Below are positions 49,401-58,621 of a stretch of DNA of 64,000 bases, one piece after another. The notes beneath the pieces are model-generated. The model was not told the origin of the DNA, searched no databases, and saw only the letters and a program-made list of their open reading frames with translations. The stretch comes from Clostridia bacterium. GTDB taxonomy: Bacteria > Bacillota > Clostridia > Christensenellales > UBA1242. The stretch is taken from positions 578 through 64,577 of the forward strand of contig JAFUPL010000030.1 of assembly GCA_017481235.1 (NCBI GenBank). The letters are read 5' to 3'. Positions within the stretch are counted from its first letter, which is position 1. Every line of letters begins with the position of its first letter. Both the position numbers and the translations under genes were made by a program.

Positions 49401-50098
49401 TATATGTACGCATTAACTTCCAAATCTTTTAAAGTATCACGCAAAGCAAGTGACTTTTTAGCGTCTTCTGATTGACGCTTTAATGGTCCAAGTCGACGTT
49501 CAATTTCGGTCATAATATCATTAGTACGTGATAAATTATCGCGATATTTAGCCAACTCGTTTTCTGCTTCATTTTTACGTGCTTTAAATTTTGATATACC
49601 TGCTGCATCTTCAAATATTGTACGTCTATCTTCTGGTTTGGAAGATATAATTTGCTCTACTTTGCCTTGACCGATAATAGAATATCCTTCACGACCAACA
49701 CCACTATCATACAAAAGGTTTGTAATATCCTTTAAACGACATATTTTTTTGTTAATATAATACTCGCTTTCGCCTGAACGATAAAGTTTACGAGTAATCA
49801 TAACCTCATCATATTCGATATTAAACCACTTTTGGGTATTATCAAAAATAATCGAAACTTCACAATAAGATAGTTTTTTACGCTTTTCACTGCCAGCAAA
49901 AATAACGTCTTGCATGCTTTCGCCACGCAATTCCTTCTTACGTTGTTCACCTAATACCCAACGGATAGCATCTGCCACATTACTTTTACCACAACCATTA
50001 GGTCCAACAATGGCAGTAATACCTCCGTCAAAATTAATTTTAGTAGTATCCGCAAACGACTTAAATCCAGTCATTTCAATCTGCTTAAAAGTAATCAT
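46493..50098 (-). CDS. smc: chromosome segregation protein SMC
   Basis: Walker A GPNGCGKSN, about 900 aa of coiled coil with a hinge, C-terminal LMSGGEKT signature and Walker B FCFLDEIEAALD. Confidence 0.97.
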   Translation of the reverse strand: MITFKQIEMTGFKSFADTTKINFDGGITAIVGPNGCGKSNVADAIRWVLGEQRKKELRGESMQDVIFAGSEKRKKLSYCEVSIIFDNTQKWFNIEYDEVMITRKLYRSGESEYYINKKICRLKDITNLLYDSGVGREGYSIIGQGKVEQIISSKPEDRRTIFEDAAGISKFKARKNEAENELAKYRDNLSRTNDIMTEIERRLGPLKRQSEDAKKSLALRDTLKDLEVNAYIYQYEHASVAKDEINIRKKGYTDHLNIKQNEYNNLQIKYDANMDEINRVDKTISELHDKVLNLTVQYEKKQGENNLLNERMSHIEEQTKRVASDLKNLELEHNQLILIHDNAVKSKDDESKILKTLRIESEKLSNEYLELIDKITANEDSKEASHRAYIDNLEKLTDIKSNMSALIAKRDAMQANVLADSEKLSSLNQEFIQLEKQISDFSSDVDLTGKQKDKVEDELTSAKSNLQELETQLSNLNNEIFAYKSAIANDNNRKELLVNLQANFEGYQIAVKRLLKDSGTNKQLSSAIKGVIGNIIEVKSTYATAIEIALGASVQNIVTKNEEDAKVLIDYLKSTKIGRATFLPMTAVKPRSLMQSDRKFLNSKGCLGIASEIISYPSEYKKVIDSLLGSTVIVDTLENAVQIARDSGYSFKMVTLEGDVLSPQGSMSGGSKKSNETSVIGKENEIKELTKNIEKNTKYLHELQQNNQTIMTKVLNLRQFREENAVKLQQLNSDFASKISKLQALQDKLNVLSSSIKQYEAQLSVAKQFVKEIQDKINSVDSLESDITSSQKQMSESSTNSKSMYDELKLKRDEYNAQITDYKIKIASSEEKIKALELEIERYKLKITDSAENIERAKIEYSKQEEIFNQAKHIQQETLREINSSGIGEELDSLNARLNTFDQSKASMLNELKEIGDKKSEVQDEMSRLQSKIYQEDAKLQKVDIDIENMQERIYEEYEMTYNDCLPFKKTEFDIKEGMIEISRIKTQIASLGSININAIEEYKVEGARYEEMSTQVQDLQKAEADLMKIIADLSSEMLQKFNTEFEKINTNFTKVFKELFGGGEAHLELLPNEDPLCAGVEINACPPGKALKSITLMSGGEKTMTAIAILFAILKLRPMPFCFLDEIEAALDDNNIERYARYLKRFSQDTQFIVITHRKPTMELADSLFGVTMQEKGVSKIVSVKLSEAVKVTEQGKKDK

Positions 50099-50234
50099 AA
50101 CTCCCCTTTTATCTTTTGCGAAATTAAACTTTAAAAAATTTATTAACCTTAGTATAGCAAATTTATTTTATTTCTCCAAACAAAATAGCAAATTTTACTA
50201 AATTTATACTTGTATTTGCCTATAAAAAAGTTAA

Positions 50235-50254
50235 AAGACTAGATTTTTCTAGTC

Positions 50255-50256
<2 letters not shown>
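50235..50256 (-). terminator. ligA intrinsic terminator (overlaps stop codon)
   Basis: Stem AAGACTAGA/TCTAGTCTT, then TTTTAACTTTTTT on the minus strand. Confidence 0.75.
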
Positions 50257-52225
<1,969 letters not shown>

Positions 52226-52229
52226 TTAT

Positions 52230-52291
52230 GGCAATGATGTCTATTATTGCCAATTATTCATTTTTCATTATTCATTCTTCATTAATCATTA
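52230..52291. repeat. H-element copy 2: hairpin GGCAAT..ATTGCC + 5 heptamers with TCA at exact 7-nt spacing
   Basis: TCA starts at 52058+200n? no: C of TCA at 52259, 52266, 52273, 52280, 52287. The 18-mer ATTATTCATTCTTCATTA (52267-52284) is identical to 63651-63668 and overlaps the pcrA stop codon. Confidence 0.8.
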
Positions 52292-54672
52292 ACGAAAGTT
52301 ATCGGTGCATAATCTAATGTTAAAACTTGATTGCCTACTGTAGCAAAATTTATAGTAACACATCTATTACTTTCATGCGTACTAGTATCCACAATAACAC
52401 CTTCACCAAACTTAACATGCATTACCTTTGCGCCTACTTTAACCTTAGATGTATCAATGCTTTGCTTTGATACTCCCTTGGATAGTCCCGCAATGTTTAA
52501 CCCTCCAACTCTAGCATTTCCTCCACCTAAAGCATTAGTTTTATAATTTAAATTACTATTAAAATTGCTTGATGACTTAGTATAACTAGAACTATTATTA
52601 GGATTACCATATGCACTACTAGTATAACCTTTATATTGAGGATTATTTTTTACTATATACTTATTATTTGAATAATCCCCATAGTCACTGTTGTAACTTC
52701 CCTGTTCGCTTCTTGCTGTGTATTTACCATATGGACTAGAATATTCATTACCATAATATCCACCATAACCAAACGCTTGGTCCTTAACCATATCAATTTC
52801 TCGCAAAAACCTACTCTTAATTGCTATATCGCGTTTACCATACATAAAGCGCGAACTACTACTTGTTAAATACAAATCCTTACGTGCTCTAGTTATTGCT
52901 ACATACATAAGTCTTCGCTCTTCCTCTTGTTCATCAAGTTCAGCACGATTTACTGGGAATATTTTTTCTTCCAATCCAGATATAAATACAGTGTCAAACT
53001 CTAGTCCTTTAGCGGCGTGCACTGTAGCAATTATAACTCCGTTTTTGGTGCTTTCAGTATCTATATCGCTAATAAGTGTTACGCTTTCAAGATATTCATT
53101 TAGCGTTGCATTTGGATTTGCTTCCTCATAATCCTTAATTGATTTAATAAGTGAAGTCACATTGATATACCTATCTAATTCAGTTTCTTCCTTTTGATTA
53201 AAACTTTGCAAAATATGTGCTTCATCTACAATGTAAGTTATAAGTTCATACAATCCAACTTCACTTGCTTTTTTGTCAATATCTTGAAGTAATTGTTTTA
53301 AAGGTTGAAGTTTATTACGTAGTGCTGGTTTAATATCTTCAATATCACAATTTAGTATAATATCTTTCATACTACACTTGCGCATATCGGCAAGTTCTTT
53401 TAACCTAGTAATACTAGTATCGCCAATTCCGCGTTTAGGGAAATTGATAAGTCGACTAAAACTAGTAGTATCATTTGGATTAACTATTGAAATTAAGTAT
53501 GATAAAGTGCTTTTTATTTCAGCACGTTCATAGAACTTTACACCATTATAAATTTTATGCGGTATATTATAGGCAAGCAATTTTTCTTCAAAAGGACGCG
53601 TCAAAGCATTAAGACGTAAAAGTATTGCAATATTATTAAGGTCAATACCCTGTGCTCTTTGTTGAATTATATGGCGAACCACATAATCCGCTTCATCTTG
53701 TTCGTCGCGTGCACAATAATAACTCACGTCACTACCTTGGTCATTAGTGGTATACAATTTTTTAGATAACCTATTCTTGTTGTTTTCAATTAGTTTGTTT
53801 GCTTTATCAAGAATTGCTTTGGTGCTACGATAATTTTGTTCAAGTTTAAATACTTTTACATTTTTAAAGTCTTTTGAAAACTGGAATATATTGCCGACAT
53901 TAGCACCACGCCAACTATATATAGATTGGTCCTCATCACCTACAATAAACACGTTTTGATGTTTAGCACCAAGTATCTTTACAATTTCGTATTGCAATTT
54001 ATTAGTATCTTGAAATTCGTCAATATGAATATATTGAAAACGGTCTTGCAAACTAGACCTTACATCTTCATTTTTAACTAACAACTTATAAAAATTAATC
54101 AATAGGTCATCAAAATCCATAGCATTATTTTTAAGTAGTTCGTTTTGATAAGCAAAATAACCACGTCGTACCATATCAATACCCTTAGTGTGCTTGTTAA
54201 TTTCGCAATACTCATCAATATGAATGTTATCGTTTTTAATTACACTGATTGCATGTTTAACGCGCGACTTAGTTTCGTCATCTGTTACACCCAAATCGGC
54301 AAACACTTGCTTAAACACTTTTGTTTGGTCGCTATCGGTGTATATGCTAAAATTAGGTTGATATCCTTCCAATACTGATTGATACTTACGTAGCATTCGT
54401 ACACAAAAACTATGAAACGTCGCCACTAATACAAGTGATGCATCTTCACGAATTTTGCATACACGCTCTTTCATTTCATTAGTTGCCTTATTGGTAAAAG
54501 TAATTGCTAATATCCTATAAGGGTCAACGTGAAGTTCGGTTAGAAGATATGCTATACGATATGTAAGCACTCTTGTTTTGCCACTGCCAGCACCAGCAGA
54601 AACCAAAACAGGACCTTCAGTATTAAGCACTGCCTGTAATTGTTCATTATTTAGTAAACTTGAATAATCCAT
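52282..54672 (-). CDS. pcrA: ATP-dependent DNA helicase PcrA
   Basis: UvrD-family motifs (GAGSGKT, DEFQDT, YRS, VHAAKGLEF, VAITRA). A Tyr/Gly/Ser/Asn-rich linker precedes a C-terminal Tudor-like KVGAKVMHVKFGEGVIV domain. Confidence 0.95.
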   Translation of the reverse strand: MDYSSLLNNEQLQAVLNTEGPVLVSAGAGSGKTRVLTYRIAYLLTELHVDPYRILAITFTNKATNEMKERVCKIREDASLVLVATFHSFCVRMLRKYQSVLEGYQPNFSIYTDSDQTKVFKQVFADLGVTDDETKSRVKHAISVIKNDNIHIDEYCEINKHTKGIDMVRRGYFAYQNELLKNNAMDFDDLLINFYKLLVKNEDVRSSLQDRFQYIHIDEFQDTNKLQYEIVKILGAKHQNVFIVGDEDQSIYSWRGANVGNIFQFSKDFKNVKVFKLEQNYRSTKAILDKANKLIENNKNRLSKKLYTTNDQGSDVSYYCARDEQDEADYVVRHIIQQRAQGIDLNNIAILLRLNALTRPFEEKLLAYNIPHKIYNGVKFYERAEIKSTLSYLISIVNPNDTTSFSRLINFPKRGIGDTSITRLKELADMRKCSMKDIILNCDIEDIKPALRNKLQPLKQLLQDIDKKASEVGLYELITYIVDEAHILQSFNQKEETELDRYINVTSLIKSIKDYEEANPNATLNEYLESVTLISDIDTESTKNGVIIATVHAAKGLEFDTVFISGLEEKIFPVNRAELDEQEEERRLMYVAITRARKDLYLTSSSSRFMYGKRDIAIKSRFLREIDMVKDQAFGYGGYYGNEYSSPYGKYTARSEQGSYNSDYGDYSNNKYIVKNNPQYKGYTSSAYGNPNNSSSYTKSSSNFNSNLNYKTNALGGGNARVGGLNIAGLSKGVSKQSIDTSKVKVGAKVMHVKFGEGVIVDTSTHESNRCVTINFATVGNQVLTLDYAPITFVND

Positions 54673-54692
54673 AATAACTCCATTTAAATGTC

Positions 54693-54721
54693 ATTATATC
54701 ACAAACTTAAAATTTTAACAA
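54693..54721 (-). promoter_or_regulatory. putative pcrA promoter (TTGTTA-17-TGaTATAAT)
   Basis: Extended -10 with 17-nt spacing, immediately downstream of the terminator at 54723-54746. Confidence 0.5.
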
Positions 54722-54722
54722 A

Positions 54723-54746
54723 TAAAAAAGGGCGATTTGCCCTTTA
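54723..54746 (-). terminator. intrinsic terminator
   Basis: Stem AAAGGGC/GCCCTTT followed by T6 on the minus strand. Confidence 0.8.
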
Positions 54747-54781
54747 ATAAAAATAAAATTAATTTTTTTATAAAAATATAC

Positions 54782-54895
54782 GTCATATCGAGCAGAGTGC
54801 CTACGCACGTAGTCGAGTGTATCTCCACATTTGTAAATATATTATATTTGCTAATGATTGAAATTTGTCACTTATTATCACTCGGTCAGAACGAC
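54782..54895. mobile_element. MITE-like element copy D (same terminal repeats as copy C)
   Basis: Left end GTCATATCGAGCAGAG. The reverse complement of the right end, GTCGTTCTGACCGAG, compares with copy C GTCATTCCGACTGAG. Internal AGATACACTC and TTGCTAAT words are shared with C. ATACGT is present on both flanks. Confidence 0.6.
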
Positions 54896-54920
54896 AATCC
54901 ATACGTTAAATATTAGTAAT

Positions 54921-54947
54921 AAAAAAAGATGCAACTATAATTGCACC
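54921..54947 (-). terminator. rpsU intrinsic terminator
   Basis: Stem GATGCAA/TTGCACC (one mismatch) followed by T7 on the minus strand. Confidence 0.65.
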
Positions 54948-54954
54948 TTAATTT

Positions 54955-55143
54955 TTAATATCTACTTTTTTTCATAGCGCGCTTTCTTGCTGCTTCGCTC
55001 TTTTTCTTTTTTCTAACGCTAGGCTTTTCGTATTGTTCACGTTTACGTAAATCGCCAATGATACCATCTTTTTGACATTTACGTTTAAACCGCTTTAACG
55101 CACTTTCAACAGATTCATTTTCGCCAACTTTAATTGTGCTCAT
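54955..55143 (-). CDS. rpsU: 30S ribosomal protein S21
   Basis: 62 aa basic protein with [19 protein letters not shown] and [17 protein letters not shown], typical of S21. Confidence 0.95.
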   Translation of the reverse strand: MSTIKVGENESVESALKRFKRKCQKDGIIGDLRKREQYEKPSVRKKKKSEAARKRAMKKSRY

Positions 55144-55263
55144 CTAACTCACCACCTTTCGTTTTACAAATTCTTTTATATTTTACACATCTAAAACACT
55201 TTTGTCAATAGATTTTTAAACATTTTTAAAAAAATTTAACAATTTATGCAAAAATTTTTAAAA

Positions 55264-55977
55264 TTACTTAATCATTTCCTTAAAATTTTGTAATATTTTG
55301 TTTTCGATACGTGATATTTGAACTTGGGATACACCTAAACTTGAAGCAATCTCGCTTTGCGTCTTGTCAAGATAATAACGCATAATAATCACACGTTTTT
55401 CACGTGCAGGAAGAGCATTTATCATATCTCTCAGCACAATTTTATCTACTAATTTGTCGGGCGAAAAATTATCTTGCGTGCGTTCGGCAAGACTGTCGTC
55501 TTCATCATCAAATTTATCATCAATTGATATTAATTGTGTAGAAGCTTCTAATGTCAACACCACATCTTGTGGGTCAATATTAAACTCATTTGATATTTGA
55601 TCAATACTGGGTTCAACCCCAATTTTAGACTGATACTCGGTAATATAGTTTTTAATAAGTATTGCATTATGTTTGATACTTCGTGACACTTTCACGCTTC
55701 CATCATCACGCAAAAACCGCTTAACCTCACCCGCAATCATAGGTACGGCATACGTGCTAAATTTAACATTATATTCAGCACTAAAATTATTAATTGCTTT
55801 TACAAACCCCATGCACCCTAATTGATAAAGGTCTTCGTCCTCTACTCCCTTGTTTTTATATCTACGTATAACACTTTTGATAAGTGGAGAATTTTCTGTG
55901 ATAAGTATTTCTTTTGCATTATCGTTACCGCTTTGCGCTAACTTTAATAAATTTAAAGTTTCTTCATTAGATAGCAT
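55264..55977 (-). CDS. sigF: sporulation sigma factor F
   Basis: Sigma-70 regions 2-4 (DLYQLGCMGFVKAI, region 4 TQSEIASSLGVSQVQISRIE). The ATG is 1 nt after the spoIIAB stop. Confidence 0.92.
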   Translation of the reverse strand: MLSNEETLNLLKLAQSGNDNAKEILITENSPLIKSVIRRYKNKGVEDEDLYQLGCMGFVKAINNFSAEYNVKFSTYAVPMIAGEVKRFLRDDGSVKVSRSIKHNAILIKNYITEYQSKIGVEPSIDQISNEFNIDPQDVVLTLEASTQLISIDDKFDDEDDSLAERTQDNFSPDKLVDKIVLRDMINALPAREKRVIIMRYYLDKTQSEIASSLGVSQVQISRIENKILQNFKEMIK

Positions 55978-55978
55978 G

Positions 55979-56410
55979 CTATACCGCCTGTTTGTTTTCT
56001 ATTCGCTTTGTCATCTCCACAATCAAACCTTTAGCACCATTGTGCTTTACAACCAAACTATCCATAAAACTATCCATAACCGTAAATCCCATACCACTGC
56101 GTTCCTCATCGGGCTTTGTAGTATAAAATGGTGTTAATGCCTCTTCTATATTTTCAATTCCCACGCCACTATCTTTAATGGAAATATGTATTTGGTCTTG
56201 TTCGCGACTAAGTAGCATAGTAATTTCCCCTACTTTGTTTGGATATGCATGCACCACGCAATTAGTAACCGCTTCACTTACGGCGGTTTTGATATCTCCA
56301 ATTTCATCTAGTGTTGGATTTAGTTGAAGGCAAAATGCCGATACACAAGTACGCGCAAACGCCTCATTTTCTGGTAATGATTTAAACTTTATTTCTATTT
56401 GATTTTTCAT
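55979..56410 (-). CDS. spoIIAB: anti-sigma F factor / SpoIIAA kinase SpoIIAB
   Basis: GHKL kinase motifs (EAVTNCVVHAY, DSGVGI, GMGFTVM). Start set at the ATG at 56410 (MKNQIEIKF), preceded by AGGAGATTAT; the ORF track begins at a GTG at 56446. Confidence 0.92.
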   Translation of the reverse strand: MKNQIEIKFKSLPENEAFARTCVSAFCLQLNPTLDEIGDIKTAVSEAVTNCVVHAYPNKVGEITMLLSREQDQIHISIKDSGVGIENIEEALTPFYTTKPDEERSGMGFTVMDSFMDSLVVKHNGAKGLIVEMTKRIENKQAV

Positions 56411-56446
56411 ATAATCTCCTTTTTTATTTTTTGGCATATCCGCCAC

Positions 56447-56637
56447 CTTAATCCTTTGTTATAAATGTATAATAAAACATTATATTATTAGGCATCTTAA
56501 GTATGAAACTTGCACCTATATAGCGTGACTGGCGATATGAACAATATAATACGATAACTTCCTCAATGCAAACTTGTTTGCGCTTCATAGTACACTAAGT
56601 CCTACTTCATATCTTCATAAGCGAAACGTCTTCATAT
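56447..56637. repeat. multi-hairpin element, copy E (family A/B/E), inside the spoIIA operon
   Basis: Positions 56491-56552 are colinear with copy A. Positions 56613-56637 are the reverse complement of the copy B 25-mer (24/25). There are four CTTCATA words. The element starts directly after the spoIIAA stop codon. Confidence 0.8.
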
Positions 56638-56949
56638 CTAACTAATCTTTGGCATAATATCATAAAGTCCTGCCATTTGAAATATCTTTTCTGCTTGACG
56701 TGATGGATTTATAATGTATATAGGTATGTTTCTGCTTTGCAACTTTTTGTATCGTCCCAACATCACACCTATACCCGTGCTATCCATAAAATCCAGTTGC
56801 GACAAATCAACTATAACCTTATTAAATCCCTTTTCCGTTTCAATTACTTGATCTAAATGATTTCTAACATAAGGCGCATTTGCTTCGTCTAACTCTCCTA
56901 TTAGCAAAACATATAACGAATTATTGTGTACTTTTGTTTTAATTTGCAT
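56638..56949 (-). CDS. spoIIAA: anti-anti-sigma F factor SpoIIAA (STAS domain)
   Basis: 103 aa STAS fold with the phosphorylatable Ser context DFMDSTGIGV. GGAGGGG RBS. Confidence 0.9.
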   Translation of the reverse strand: MQIKTKVHNNSLYVLLIGELDEANAPYVRNHLDQVIETEKGFNKVIVDLSQLDFMDSTGIGVMLGRYKKLQSRNIPIYIINPSRQAEKIFQMAGLYDIMPKIS

Positions 56950-56989
56950 AACCCCTCCTTGTTACAAACATTTTAGCACACATACAAAT

Positions 56990-57026
56990 AAAAAAAAGAG
57001 CAAGTCTTGTCTAAAAACTTACTCTT
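56990..57026 (-). terminator. intrinsic terminator upstream of spoIIAA
   Basis: Stem AGAGTAAGT/ACTTGCTCT (one G-U pair on the minus-strand RNA) followed by T8. Confidence 0.75.
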
Positions 57027-57042
57027 TAAGTCGAATTTTAAG

Positions 57043-57519
57043 TTATTTGTTAACGCCCCAATTTGCACTATCATACATTGAGTGTTTATGTTTATCTCTT
57101 TGTATTATAATCAATTCTCTCAACTCTTTTGCTGTTAAACTATCGTCATAATCAATGTGCTTATCCATCAAAGTTTCTATCACATAAAATCTATATGGCA
57201 TTTCATACGCCGTCCAAGTATTAATTTGATTTAAATCGCTAATAAAACGACTTGCCTCATAATACTTGCCCGTTTCTATATCCATATATAGGTCATCTCC
57301 AGCGCGAATAGCAAGTATTGATTTAATTTCCCTTTTAGGTTTTGGCATATTTTTAGTCTTTACATTTCGTTTAAGGGTTACCCTATAAACATCATCTATT
57401 ACATAAGTCAAACTATTCAGTTCTTCTTGAGTGTATTGTTTAGGTTCACTAAGTGATAGCATTTCTTCTTTGATTTCTATTTTTTTAAATCTATTTAATA
57501 TCTTTTCAATTAAAGTCAT
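57043..57519 (-). CDS. tandem paralog family member P4 (about 158 aa), function unknown
   Basis: Shares YMDIETGKYYE and LTAKELREL with P3. Start moved to the ATG at 57519 (MTLIEKIL), 2 nt after the P3 stop. Confidence 0.6.
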   Translation of the reverse strand: MTLIEKILNRFKKIEIKEEMLSLSEPKQYTQEELNSLTYVIDDVYRVTLKRNVKTKNMPKPKREIKSILAIRAGDDLYMDIETGKYYEASRFISDLNQINTWTAYEMPYRFYVIETLMDKHIDYDDSLTAKELRELIIIQRDKHKHSMYDSANWGVNK

Positions 57520-57520
57520 G

Positions 57521-58003
57521 CTATGAATTTCCTTCAAATAATTGTTTAACCTTAGTATCAAAATGATTTATATACAAGTTTCTTAACTGACGCGCTGTAA
57601 ATTGGTCATTAGGTTGCAAATTCAAACCTTTAATAGTATCGTAGCATTCATAATACAATGGATTTTCGCTTACAACATACAACTCGTTGTTAGGGTTTTG
57701 AAGTTCTTCTCCAAACAATTTCCCAAGTTCGTAATGCTTACCAGTTTCAATATCCATATACCATTCACCGCCAACACTAATCATGAGCACACCTTTTTTT
57801 ACAATACGTCTTTCCAAATCTTCGGCGGTTATTCTCTTTTTCTTTTTATGACTAATACGTGCTAATTTACATACTCTTACATAGTGCAAAGTATACTCAG
57901 CCTTACCAAGTTCCACATCGCTCCATTGCTTCCAGTCATTCTTTTCATTTGGCATTTCCACATATTTAAATTTTTTTAACATACCTTTGATTAAACTTGT
58001 CAT
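57521..58003 (-). CDS. tandem paralog family member P3 (160 aa), function unknown
   Basis: YMDIETGKHYE and FTARQLRNL motifs with an AAAGGGGA RBS. Confidence 0.6.
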   Translation of the reverse strand: MTSLIKGMLKKFKYVEMPNEKNDWKQWSDVELGKAEYTLHYVRVCKLARISHKKKKRITAEDLERRIVKKGVLMISVGGEWYMDIETGKHYELGKLFGEELQNPNNELYVVSENPLYYECYDTIKGLNLQPNDQFTARQLRNLYINHFDTKVKQLFEGNS

Positions 58004-58034
58004 AATAATCCCCTTTTAGTTATGTTACTTGACC

Positions 58035-58063
58035 ATAATACATTATTTTTAAAAATTTGTCTA
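58035..58063 (-). promoter_or_regulatory. putative promoter of P3-P4 (TAGACA-17-TATTAT)
   Basis: Read on the minus strand. Overlaps the P2 stop region. Confidence 0.4.
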
Positions 58064-58528
58064 CTAATAAAACATAGTTTGTTTTAAAAACTCTTGTTCA
58101 TTCATAATTTGCCTTAACTCACTAACGGTAAATGTTGTATCATTTTTAATACCTTTGTCATGTATTGTTTCAGCACACATTACAGTAAATTTTTCCATAA
58201 ACCTTTCTGGTAAATAGTAATCATCTTTCGTTGATTTTTTACCACAATACACTATTTCATAACACTTATCTGTTTCGATGTCTTTAAAAGTATCTAACGA
58301 TTTGCGAATTAACAAAACTGGAGTAGGATTAATCGTTTGACCATAATCACAATTTGCATTCGCTCCATTGTTTTTAAGCACTCTTTTAGCTAGATGTCCC
58401 ACATAGATGTCTTCCATGCTATATTTTGCCTTAATAATTCTTGATTGATTTGATTTTAATTGTGATTGTACTTTCATTTCATTGACTTTTTCACTAACCA
58501 CACTATCAATTATTCTTTTATAATACAT
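58064..58528 (-). CDS. tandem paralog family member P2 (about 154 aa), function unknown
   Basis: FKDIETDKCYE, DYYLPERFMEKFT and FTVSELRQI motifs. Start at the ATG at 58528, after AGGAGAAAAT. Confidence 0.6.
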   Translation of the reverse strand: MYYKRIIDSVVSEKVNEMKVQSQLKSNQSRIIKAKYSMEDIYVGHLAKRVLKNNGANANCDYGQTINPTPVLLIRKSLDTFKDIETDKCYEIVYCGKKSTKDDYYLPERFMEKFTVMCAETIHDKGIKNDTTFTVSELRQIMNEQEFLKQTMFY

Positions 58529-58549
58529 ATTTTCTCCTAATGCACATAG

Positions 58550-58578
58550 ATTATATCTTAAAAGTACCATCTTGTCAA
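58550..58578 (-). promoter_or_regulatory. consensus sigma-A promoter of P2 (TTGACA-17-TATAAT)
   Basis: Perfect hexamers and spacing, read on the minus strand. Confidence 0.7.
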
Positions 58579-58582
58579 TAGC

Positions 58583-58614
58583 AAAAAAGGAATTTATTAT
58601 AAACTCCTTTTTTT
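58583..58614 (-). terminator. terminator after P1
   Basis: Palindrome AAGGAGTTTAT/ATAAATTCCTT (one mismatch) followed by T6 on the minus strand. Confidence 0.65.
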
Positions 58615-58621
58615 AATAATA

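Noticed and set aside
57519-57561. Apparent 41-nt overlap between paralogs P3 and P4 in the ORF track (and 58529-58570 for P2).
   Set aside because: Internal ATG codons with upstream RBS-like sequences align the N-termini of the paralogs and remove the overlaps. The upstream extensions are not conserved between paralogs.
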